A DNA stretch of 64,000 nt from an uncultured Gammaproteobacteria bacterium (GTDB lineage Bacteria; Pseudomonadota; Gammaproteobacteria; UBA9214): contig CAVPAE010000010.1 in NCBI GenBank assembly GCA_963701455.1, forward strand, positions 114,351 to 178,350. Direction: 5' to 3'. Positions within the stretch are counted from its first letter, which is position 1. Each line of letters starts with the position of its first letter. Both the position numbers and the translations under genes were made by a program. Under the pieces are notes generated by a model that saw nothing but the letters and a program-made list of their open reading frames with translations, searched no databases and was not told where the DNA came from. Shown one piece after another: positions 47,224 to 55,254 of the stretch.

Positions 47224-47424
47224 GTGGCACACGTAAACGCTCACCGCACTTCACCGGTTGGAAATTACCTGGGTCAACCCATCTACCAGACCATCGAAGC
47301 CCGCAACAATACCTATGTCTTCGACCGGATCGCCGTCAGCGTCGACGGGGAATTCCCGCTTGACCAGCTGAACAAGGATGAATTGCTTATCAAGCCCGGC
47401 CTGATATACCGGCCGAAATACTGA
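47224..47424 (+). CDS. Small hypothetical protein (66 aa)
   Basis: GTG start with a strong AAGGAG SD and host-like codon usage; fills the gap. Confidence 0.75.
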   Translation: MAHVNAHRTSPVGNYLGQPIYQTIEARNNTYVFDRIAVSVDGEFPLDQLNKDELLIKPGLIYRPKY

Positions 47425-47465
47425 GCGCCAGCCGGCGTCGGGCACCGGCCACCTGAAGCGGCGGG

Positions 47466-47783
47466 CTAGGTGCTGTCGATGTCCAGGCCCTGCAGATGGG
47501 TCTGGTTGATCAGGTAGAACAGCCGGATACACGGCAGGTCCTGGTCGCTGTGCTGCTTGACGATACGCATCCAGGGGAGATCCTTGCGACCAAACTGGTA
47601 GCTGCCGTCCGCCATGCTGGTGCGCAAGGCACGCATCTCCTTAAGCAGGAAATTGACGAACCCCAGGTTACTCTCCACCTCGTCGAAGTCGAAGTTGGCT
47701 GCCTCGATGATGTCTTCCAGTTCGGCAATTACCTGATCGACAAGTCCGGCATATTCCGCCGCCGTTTTCGGTCTGTCACTCAT
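47466..47783 (-). CDS. Hypothetical protein (105 aa)
   Basis: Starts 3 bp after the prmB stop with a GGAG SD; GC3-rich codons. Confidence 0.8.
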   Translation of the reverse strand: MSDRPKTAAEYAGLVDQVIAELEDIIEAANFDFDEVESNLGFVNFLLKEMRALRTSMADGSYQFGRKDLPWMRIVKQHSDQDLPCIRLFYLINQTHLQGLDIDST

Positions 47784-47786
47784 ATT

Positions 47787-48734
47787 TCACGTCTCTCCTG
47801 CAGCAGCGCCGGATTGTAACCGCTTGCGGGCAACTGCGTTAAAACTTTCCTGACAGGCGGCGAGTTGGCTGGCGTCCAGCAGGAAGACACCCTCGCCACC
47901 GTATTCAAAATCCAGCCACATAAAGGGAACTTCCGGAAACAGGGACGTGAGGATGTCGCGGTAATGGCCGACCTCCACCACCAGGATGCCGCTGTCAGCC
48001 AGATGCTGCGCGGCATCCCTGAGGATCCGCACCACGATATCCATGCCGTCAAACCCGGCCACGAGTCCCAGTTCCGGTTCATGCCGGAATTCAGGCGCCA
48101 GGTGCTCCATCTCCTGCGCCGGCACGTAGGGCGGATTGCTGACGATGACATCGTAGACCCGCCCCGCAAGCCCCGAGAAGACGTCAGATGCGACCGGGTT
48201 GACCCGACCCTCCAGGCCATGGCGCTGGATATTGATCCGGGCCACAGCCAGGGCGTCTGCCGACAGGTCCGCAGCATCAATGGCCGTACCCGGAAAGGCC
48301 AGCGCCGCAGCAATTGCGATGCAGCCGCTGCCAGTACAGAGATCCAGTACCCGGCTGACGCGCTGCGGGTCTATCCAGGGATAGAATCCGGCTTCGACCA
48401 GTTCCGCAATGGGCGATCGCGGCACCAGGACGCGTTCATCGACGTAGAATGGCAGGCCGGCAAACCAGGCCTCGTTGAGCAGGTAAGCGGCCGGTTTGCG
48501 GGTGGCAGCGCGGGCTTCCAGCAGTGACTCGATACGCTTGCATTGCGCAGCACTCAGTGGCTGATCGAGCACGCTGTCCGGCTGGTCGTAACCGATACCC
48601 AGGGTTTGCAGCACCAGCGCCGCGGCTTCATCCTCCGCATTGTCAGTGCCATGCGCGAACGTCAACCCCCTGCGGATAAACAGCGCCGCACCCTGGTGTA
48701 TCAAGTCTCTTGCTGTGATCCCGGCGACCGTCAT
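47787..48734 (-). CDS. prmB: Ribosomal protein L3 glutamine methyltransferase
   Basis: HGTDNA.DEA, VPRSPIAE, LDLCTGSG and SNPPY motifs. Confidence 0.95.
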   Translation of the reverse strand: MTVAGITARDLIHQGAALFIRRGLTFAHGTDNAEDEAAALVLQTLGIGYDQPDSVLDQPLSAAQCKRIESLLEARAATRKPAAYLLNEAWFAGLPFYVDERVLVPRSPIAELVEAGFYPWIDPQRVSRVLDLCTGSGCIAIAAALAFPGTAIDAADLSADALAVARINIQRHGLEGRVNPVASDVFSGLAGRVYDVIVSNPPYVPAQEMEHLAPEFRHEPELGLVAGFDGMDIVVRILRDAAQHLADSGILVVEVGHYRDILTSLFPEVPFMWLDFEYGGEGVFLLDASQLAACQESFNAVARKRLQSGAAAGET

Positions 48735-48810
48735 TATATTCCCGTCAAACTGCAGGTTAATTCCCCCGAACGGGTGTATCGAACCCGACACTGTGGAATA
48801 ATCAGCGCCC

Positions 48811-49461
48811 ATGCAAACCGGCAACCAACACTCGTTCCGCAAGCGCTTCCTGATCGGAGGCATTATAGCGGTTTTCGCACTGCTGGCCGGTACCTGGTCC
48901 GCCCTGCAGTTGCGCGACTACCGCACCGGGCATGTCGATGAACTGGCTGCGACCCGTTTCCCGGCTGCGCGTGACATCGCCGCCTTCGAGCTTGCCGATC
49001 AGCACGGCGTGCCATTCACGAACAGCACGCTGGAAGGGGTATGGTCATTTCTGTTCTTCGGCTATACCCATTGCCCGGATGTCTGCCCTACCACGCTGTC
49101 AGTGTTGAACAGCGTCGCGCAGCAGCTCGGCAGCGACGCAGGCGATGTCCGTTTTATCTTCATCAGCGTCGATCCGGAGCGCGACACCCCCGAGAACCTG
49201 GCCAGGTTTGTCAGTTACTTCAACGGCGACTTTGTCGGGGTTACGGGTACGCCCGAGGCGATCGAACGCCTGACCGGACAGCTCGGCGTCCTCTATATGC
49301 GCGTGGCCAGCGAGGATAATCCCGGCAGCTACCTCATGGACCATACCGCCGGTATTTTCCTGGTAGACCCCGATGGCAAGTACCATGCTGTGTTCATGCC
49401 GCCCTTTACAGCGGAGAAGATTGTCGCCGATTTCGGCAAGATACGGGACGACTACCCATGA
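48811..49461 (+). CDS. SCO1/SenC copper chaperone
   Basis: FGYTHCPDVCP, SVDPERD and MDH copper-ligand motifs. Confidence 0.95.
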   Translation: MQTGNQHSFRKRFLIGGIIAVFALLAGTWSALQLRDYRTGHVDELAATRFPAARDIAAFELADQHGVPFTNSTLEGVWSFLFFGYTHCPDVCPTTLSVLNSVAQQLGSDAGDVRFIFISVDPERDTPENLARFVSYFNGDFVGVTGTPEAIERLTGQLGVLYMRVASEDNPGSYLMDHTAGIFLVDPDGKYHAVFMPPFTAEKIVADFGKIRDDYP

Positions 49462-49916
49462 AATCATCTGCATCCCTGCTGGGTGGATGGCTGTTCATGC
49501 TCATCGCGGCAACCGTGATGGCAGCACCAACAATGGAGATCACCGGTGGCTGGGTGCGGGAGGCGCCACCGACCTCCCGGGTGCTGGCGGCCTACATGCA
49601 GATCATCAACCTGACCGATACCGATCTCACCGTCACGGGCGTAACCAGTCCGGACTTTGACTCTGCGGATCTGCACAGGACGGTTGTCGAGGACGGCGTG
49701 GCGAGCATGTTGCCGGTACCGGAACTGACCATACCGGCTGCCGAGAGCGTGCTGCTGGAACCCGGTGGCCTGCACCTGATGCTGTTCGACCCGGTGCGCC
49801 CGCTGCTACAGGGGGATTCGGTTACGCTGGTCCTGCACCGCAGTGACGGAATCTGCCTGACCCTGTCCATCCCGGTGATGCGGAGCACGGGCGCAGACCA
49901 CGTCCACCATCACTAG
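49458..49916 (+). CDS. PCu(A)C periplasmic copper chaperone
   Basis: H-x10-M...PGGLHLM motif, signal peptide and C-terminal HVHHH. Confidence 0.92.
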   Translation: MKSSASLLGGWLFMLIAATVMAAPTMEITGGWVREAPPTSRVLAAYMQIINLTDTDLTVTGVTSPDFDSADLHRTVVEDGVASMLPVPELTIPAAESVLLEPGGLHLMLFDPVRPLLQGDSVTLVLHRSDGICLTLSIPVMRSTGADHVHHH

Positions 49917-49934
49917 CCGGATACCCGGGAATCC

Positions 49935-50819
49935 ATGCCGACCACACCAGACAGCCTGCTGGACCGGCTGAAGTCATGGCCGCTGGCCGTTCTGCCGCAC
50001 CAGTTGCTTTCCCGGGTCGTCCGCAGGGTCACCCGCTGGCGGACAGTCTGGCTGAAGAACCTGTTGATTAAGGTCTTTGTAAAGCATTTCAGGGTCGACC
50101 TGACTGAGGCGCAAATCCAGCGTCCCGGGGATTTCACCGACTTCAACGATTTCTTTACCCGCGCGCTCCGTCCTGGCGTGCGCCCCATGCCGCAGGATAC
50201 ACAGGTCATCGCCTGCCCGGTTGATGGCAGCATCAGCGAACTGGGGGATATCCGGGACGGCAGCCTGCTTCAGGCCAAGGGGCGGGAATACTCGCTGCAG
50301 ACATTGCTGGGAGGGGATGCAGACCGTGCCAGTCCCTTCCGCAACGGCAAGTTCATTACCCTGTATCTCTCACCCCGTGACTATCACCGGATTCACATGC
50401 CGGTTACCGGCCGGCTGCGCGAGACCTGCTATGTCCCCGGGCGGCTGTTCAGCGTGGCGCCGCATACCACGCGCGCCATCCCCGGCCTGTTTACCCGCAA
50501 TGAGCGCCTCTGCGCCATGTTCGATAGCGCCACCGGCCCTATGGCGATGGTCCTGGTCGGTGCCATTTTCGTCTCCTGTATAGAAACGGTCTGGGAGGGC
50601 GTGGTCAACCCGACGCTGGGCGGTTCACTCGCCGTCAGGCATTTTCCGGACAGCGGGGCCGCCCCGCTCGAGTTGCAGCAAGGTGATGAGATGGGCAGGT
50701 TCAACATGGGATCAACCGTGATACTGCTTTATGGCCATGACCGGGTTGACTGGCTGGATGGATTGCGTGCCGGTGCAGCGGTACAACTGGGCGATGTCCT
50801 CGGCCGGATTCGGAGCTGA
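49935..50819 (+). CDS. psd: Phosphatidylserine decarboxylase proenzyme
   Basis: FNDFFTR, YLSPRDYHRIH, RNER and MGSTV cleavage motif. Confidence 0.96.
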   Translation: MPTTPDSLLDRLKSWPLAVLPHQLLSRVVRRVTRWRTVWLKNLLIKVFVKHFRVDLTEAQIQRPGDFTDFNDFFTRALRPGVRPMPQDTQVIACPVDGSISELGDIRDGSLLQAKGREYSLQTLLGGDADRASPFRNGKFITLYLSPRDYHRIHMPVTGRLRETCYVPGRLFSVAPHTTRAIPGLFTRNERLCAMFDSATGPMAMVLVGAIFVSCIETVWEGVVNPTLGGSLAVRHFPDSGAAPLELQQGDEMGRFNMGSTVILLYGHDRVDWLDGLRAGAAVQLGDVLGRIRS

Positions 50820-50900
50820 ATTTATTTTGTCCTGACTGTTAACCAAACCGGCGGCTCCGCGTTACTGCTTCATGAGACCAACGAAAAAGGAGTCGCTCTC

Positions 50901-51485
50901 ATGAAATCCAACACATTGCTTCAATCCTTCCTGCTCGCCTCAGGCCTGATGCTTGGCAGCATTCCTGCCGTCCATGCGGATCGCGCGCACTCGACTATCC
51001 CGAGCGGCGGTAAGTATCACAGTGTTCTACACGATAACCGCAGCTCTGGACATGCTCCGCAGTGGTCTTCAGGCCGCCATAACCCCGGGAGCACGCTTTC
51101 CGGTCATCATGGAAAGCACAACCCGAAACACCACAAAAACCATGGCCGGGGTAACGGGCATGACCACGAGAGCCACTGGAAACATGACAAGCACGATGGC
51201 CATGGCGACAGGCGTGAACACGGGGACCGCTGGAAGTATGGCAAGCACGATGGCCATGGCGACAGGCGTGAATACGGGGATCGCTGGAAGCATGGCAAGC
51301 ACGATGGCCATGGGGACAGGCGTGAATACGGGGATCGCTGGAAGCATGGCAAGCACGATGGCCGCGGTGACGGAGCTGATCACAAGGGTCGCGCGCAGCA
51401 TGGCAAGCGCGATGCCCGGGACAATTCGGGGCGCAAGGAACACCGGTCCAGGTCCGCAGGTATCGGCTATACTGGCCGTTCGTAA
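50901..51485 (+). CDS. Secreted His/Gly/Asp/Arg-rich low-complexity repeat protein
   Basis: AAAAGGAG SD, signal peptide ending AVHA, and 18-aa repeats KHDGHGDRRE(H/Y)GDRWK(H/Y)G. Confidence 0.75.
   Translation: MKSNTLLQSFLLASGLMLGSIPAVHADRAHSTIPSGGKYHSVLHDNRSSGHAPQWSSGRHNPGSTLSGHHGKHNPKHHKNHGRGNGHDHESHWKHDKHDGHGDRREHGDRWKYGKHDGHGDRREYGDRWKHGKHDGHGDRREYGDRWKHGKHDGRGDGADHKGRAQHGKRDARDNSGRKEHRSRSAGIGYTGRS
51177..51420 (+). repeat. Intragenic 54-bp tandem repeat (about 3.4 good copies plus a degenerate one)
   Basis: AAGCACGATGGC recurs at 51189, 51243, 51297 and 51351, with a degenerate AAGCGCGATGCC at 51405. Confidence 0.92.
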
Positions 51486-51570
51486 GCAGGATGTCCCGGC
51501 ACGACAGCGTGCCGGGACGCGCTGCTCCCGGTGTCCCGCACCGTCTGACAGGCGGGTTCACACAGAGATT

Positions 51571-52200
51571 ATGGAAGCCGCATACCCGACAATCGCCGTG
51601 CGCAGCAAGCAGCAGAATAACCAGGCACTGGAAACATTTCTTGCTGCCAGCGAGGACAAGGCCTTCTATGTGGCCTACGCTGCACTCTGGGACCGGGACG
51701 CGGCACTGGATGTCGTGCAGGACAGCATGACCCGGCTGGTGGAATATTATCGCAACAAGTCTTCCGGGGACTGGCCCGCGCTGTTTCGTACCATCCTGAA
51801 GAGCAAGATCAACGACGTCCGCCGCAGGCGGCTGATCGAGCAGGGAAAACACCGGCTGGTGTCCTTGACAGGACTGTTCCGCTCTCAGCATGATGAGGCG
51901 GGTGATACTACGGAATACGACATCCCGGACAATGCCCGCGATGACGGCATCAGCGCCCCGGAGGTCGAATACGTCGCATCAGAATTACGCGCCCGGGTTG
52001 CTGACGCGCTGCAATCCCTGTCGGAGCGGCAGCGGCAGGTCTTCATTCTGCGTGAGTGGCGTGGTATGAGTATCAAGGAAACAGCCGTAACCCTCGGCTG
52101 CTCGGAAAACGGTGTCAAGCAACACCATTTTCGTGCCATGCAGGCGTTACGCGAACAACTGGCGGAGGTATGGGAACATGCACAGCCAACAGCATCCTGA
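51571..52200 (+). CDS. ECF-type RNA polymerase sigma factor
   Basis: Region 2 (ALDVVQD...LFRTIL..INDVRR) and region 4.2 (LSERQRQVFILR..GMSIKETA..LGCSENGVKQHHFRA). Confidence 0.93.
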   Translation: MEAAYPTIAVRSKQQNNQALETFLAASEDKAFYVAYAALWDRDAALDVVQDSMTRLVEYYRNKSSGDWPALFRTILKSKINDVRRRRLIEQGKHRLVSLTGLFRSQHDEAGDTTEYDIPDNARDDGISAPEVEYVASELRARVADALQSLSERQRQVFILREWRGMSIKETAVTLGCSENGVKQHHFRAMQALREQLAEVWEHAQPTAS

Positions 52201-52645
52201 GCCCGACCAGCTCGACCGGCTGCGCGCCGGCCTGCTGGACGACCAGCCAGAAGAAAAAGCTGCCCTGGAAGCGCATATCGCCGGCTGTGAGATCTGCCAG
52301 GAACGCGACAACTGGCAATTACTGCAACCCGGTGCCCTGGGTCCCGATCTCAACACCGATGCCCTGCAGCAGTCGCTGCGGAATGCGCGCAGGCAGGCAC
52401 TGCAAACCGGTAGCCAGCACCGCCACCATGGCTTCGTCCCCTGGGCGAGTGCGGCACTGCTGTTGGTCGCCGTGTCCATCGGCATCTGGACGCTGCAGCC
52501 GGATACCGGCAGCCAGCAGCAAATAGCTTCGCAGGACAGCCAAATGATTCCGGATATCTACGAGGACCTGGAGTTTTACCTGTGGCTGGCGAACCAGAAA
52601 GATAACGGAAACGCTGATGAAGACGCTAATCCCAACAATACCTGA
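52178..52645 (+). CDS. Membrane-anchored zinc-finger anti-sigma factor
   Basis: H...HxxxCxxC (HIAGCEIC) ZAS motif, a TM helix and C-terminal EDLEFYLWL. Overlaps the sigma gene stop. Confidence 0.85.
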   Translation: MHSQQHPEPDQLDRLRAGLLDDQPEEKAALEAHIAGCEICQERDNWQLLQPGALGPDLNTDALQQSLRNARRQALQTGSQHRHHGFVPWASAALLLVAVSIGIWTLQPDTGSQQQIASQDSQMIPDIYEDLEFYLWLANQKDNGNADEDANPNNT

Positions 52646-52970
52646 GGTCCCGCGCAGGTCGCTGCTGACCAGCATGCTGCTGGCTGCCGCGCTGACCCTG
52701 GCTGTGACGCCAACGCATGCTGAATCGGGTATCGCCTGGCAGAGTCTCAGCAAGCAAGAACAGTCCGTGCTGATGAAGCACCGCGCTGACTGGTCGAGTC
52801 TCAGTCCTGCCCGGCAGCAGAAATTGCGCAACGGTGCGCGCAAGTATCTGCAGCTACCACCGGACAAACGCAAGGCGGTGGAAAGCAAGCATAGCCAGTA
52901 TGAAAAGATGTCTCCCAGGGAGCGGGAAAAACTGCGGGAAAAATACAGCCGGCAAAAAAAGCACGATTAG
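52617..52970 (+). CDS. DUF3106-like periplasmic helical protein
   Basis: Signal peptide and repeated W/Y-x-x-L-S/P-x-x-R/Q units (WQSLSKQEQ, WSSLSPARQ, YLQLPPDKR, YEKMSPRER). Confidence 0.8.
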   Translation: MKTLIPTIPEVPRRSLLTSMLLAAALTLAVTPTHAESGIAWQSLSKQEQSVLMKHRADWSSLSPARQQKLRNGARKYLQLPPDKRKAVESKHSQYEKMSPREREKLREKYSRQKKHD

Positions 52971-53072
52971 CCTGATTGCCACAGGACGTGTGGCTGTCGG
53001 CATTCATAGTCCTGTGCAACTCTGCTATGCTTCGTGGCCGTTTTCAGGGTCCTCCCGCCAGGAACACAGATC

Positions 53073-53873
53073 ATGCACCCGATGTTAAATATCGCCGTCC
53101 GCGCCGCCCGCAGCGCCGGCAACGTCATCATCCGGAATGTCGACAGGCTGGATAGCCTCACCGTCCAGACCAAGGACCGGAATGATTACGTCAGCGAGGT
53201 TGACCGGCAGGCAGAGCAGGAAATTATCAATATTCTGCGCAAGGCCTTCCCCGACCATGCCATTCTGGCGGAGGAAAGCGGCGAACAGGCCGGCAATGAC
53301 TACCAGTGGATTATTGACCCGCTCGACGGCACTACCAACTTTCTGCACGGTTTCCCCCAGTTTGCCGTTTCCATCGCCCTGCGGCACAAGGGGCGCCTGG
53401 AACAGGGGGTGGTCTACGACCCCATGCGCCAGGAACTGTTTACCGCGACCCGCGGCGGTGGCGCCATGCTGAACGAACGGCGCATCCGTGTCAGTAACCG
53501 CCGGACGCTGGAAGGCGCACTGCTGGGGACCGGGTTTCCCTTCAAGTCGCAGCAGCACCTGGACAGTTACCTGCAAATGTTTCGGGTACTGTTCCCGCAA
53601 ACCGCCGGCATCCGCCGCGCCGGTTCGGCCGCACTCGACCTGGCATATGTCGCGGCCGGTCGCTTCGACGGTTTCTGGGAAATCGGGCTCAGTGTCTGGG
53701 ACATGGCCGCCGGTGTGCTGCTGATACAGGAAGCCGGCGGTCTGTCAGGCGATTTCCTGGGTGGCCATGGCTACCTCGAGTCCGGCAACCTGGTTGCTGC
53801 CAACCCCAAGCTGTTCGCAGAAATCCTGAAAACCATTCGTCCCTGCGTGACGGCCGGTCTTGGCGGGAAATAA
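53073..53873 (+). CDS. suhB: Inositol monophosphatase family protein SuhB
   Basis: MHPMLNIAVRAAR, WIIDPLDGTTNF, GSAALDL and WDMAAG motifs. Confidence 0.96.
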   Translation: MHPMLNIAVRAARSAGNVIIRNVDRLDSLTVQTKDRNDYVSEVDRQAEQEIINILRKAFPDHAILAEESGEQAGNDYQWIIDPLDGTTNFLHGFPQFAVSIALRHKGRLEQGVVYDPMRQELFTATRGGGAMLNERRIRVSNRRTLEGALLGTGFPFKSQQHLDSYLQMFRVLFPQTAGIRRAGSAALDLAYVAAGRFDGFWEIGLSVWDMAAGVLLIQEAGGLSGDFLGGHGYLESGNLVAANPKLFAEILKTIRPCVTAGLGGK

Positions 53874-53933
53874 TCAGCATTCCGGGGCGCTGCTGCAAGC
53901 CCGACAGGACCGCAACAGCACCCGTGTCACGGT

Positions 53934-53960
53934 TCAAGTTTGCTGAGCCGGCGCCGATTT
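53934..53960 (+). promoter_or_regulatory. Sigma28 (FliA)-like promoter
   Basis: TCAAG-N14-GCCGATTT upstream of the small ORF at 54034. Confidence 0.5.
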
Positions 53961-54033
53961 CAAGTCAACATCGCGCACGCGTCACACACCTCGGTGAACA
54001 GCGTTGCCAGCAACCGGCAAAGAGGAGCAAACA

Positions 54034-54252
54034 GTGCATAACAAGCTGAACAGCAAGAGAATCAATGGAGCCGCCCTGGAACTGATCATGCGTGACGTGC
54101 TGGACGGCATGTTTGATTTTACGCACCAGGCATGCTGTGGCAGTGAAACCGGGAAGATGGAAATTATCGCGGTGGAAAAATCCGTAAACAGCAGCGCCCC
54201 GAAAGAACCCGCGACCGTCATTCCGTTCCCGGCCAGGCCCACCGGTAAGTAA
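54034..54252 (+). CDS. Small hypothetical protein (72 aa)
   Basis: GTG start with AGAGGAG SD and a C-terminal VIPFP motif. Confidence 0.6.
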   Translation: MHNKLNSKRINGAALELIMRDVLDGMFDFTHQACCGSETGKMEIIAVEKSVNSSAPKEPATVIPFPARPTGK

Positions 54253-54296
54253 ACATTCAGCCGTTGCGGCGCCAGTGCCGCTGCCGGCTGCCTGTC

Positions 54297-55232
54297 TCAG
54301 GCATTACTACCCTCGCCTTCTTCCTCTTTCTGCGCCGGCATCAGGTCTGCCTTGCTTACACCCAGCGCCAGCAGCGCGGTGCTGGCCACGTAGATCGAGG
54401 AATAGGTGCCGACAACCACACCCAGTATCAACGCCCGCGAGAAGGCGTGAATCACTTCCCCGCCGAAGACAAACAGGGAAACCAGAACCAGCAGGGTCGT
54501 GAGGGACGTCATCAATGTGCGTGCCAGTGTCTGGTTGATCGAGGTATTGATGACTTCGACCGGCTTTCCCTTGCGCATTTTGCGGAAATTCTCGCGAATC
54601 CGGTCGAACACCACGATGGTGTCATTGAGTGAGTAGCCGATCACGGCAAGCAGCGCCGCGAGCACGGTGAGATCGAAATCGAACTGGAACAGGGCAAAGA
54701 TGCCCACGATGATCAGTACATCATGCACCAGTGCCAGTACCGCACCGGGCGCAAAGCGCCACTGGAAACGCACCATGATATAGATGAGGATACCGATCAG
54801 GGCGTAGATCATGGCAAGCCCGCCCTGTTCGGTGAGTTCTTCACCCACCTGCGGACCCACGAATTCCACCCGCCGCATTTCCACGCCGGCATGCTGTGTC
54901 CGTAACGCTGCCAGCACGTCTTCGCTCAGCTGGGCGCTTTCCTTGCCGGCCTGGGGTGCAATGCGTACCAGCACATCACGCGCGGAGCCGAAATGCTGCA
55001 CCTGTGCCAGTGCAAATTCGGAATCCGACAACGCGGAGCGTATTTCCTCAAGGTCTACCGCTTCCGGGTAACCCACCTCGATCAGGGTGCCGCCGGTAAA
55101 ATCAATACCGAAGTTAAGACCCTGCGTCACCAGTGCCCCGACCGAAACGATCAGGAGAATGGCCGACAGCAGCATGGCGATGTAACGCCTTCCCATGAAG
55201 TCGATGGAAAGCTTGTCCTTGAAAATCTGCAT
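54297..55232 (-). CDS. secF: Protein translocase subunit SecF
   Basis: GIDFTGG, VGPQVG and GYSLNDTIVVFDRIREN motifs. Confidence 0.97.
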   Translation of the reverse strand: MQIFKDKLSIDFMGRRYIAMLLSAILLIVSVGALVTQGLNFGIDFTGGTLIEVGYPEAVDLEEIRSALSDSEFALAQVQHFGSARDVLVRIAPQAGKESAQLSEDVLAALRTQHAGVEMRRVEFVGPQVGEELTEQGGLAMIYALIGILIYIMVRFQWRFAPGAVLALVHDVLIIVGIFALFQFDFDLTVLAALLAVIGYSLNDTIVVFDRIRENFRKMRKGKPVEVINTSINQTLARTLMTSLTTLLVLVSLFVFGGEVIHAFSRALILGVVVGTYSSIYVASTALLALGVSKADLMPAQKEEEGEGSNA

Positions 55233-55254
55233 TTTTATTTCATCCTCAATGCGG

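Noticed and set aside
51177-51420. CRISPR or non-coding repeat
   Set aside because: The period is a multiple of 3, there are no spacers, and it lies within a coherent ORF.
50953-52200. 415-aa sigma factor with a long Met/Thr/Ala-rich N-terminal extension
   Set aside because: The extension is the +1 shadow of the His-rich ORF. Its codons rarely have T in position 2, so that frame lacks stops by construction. The His-rich frame has the SD and signal peptide.
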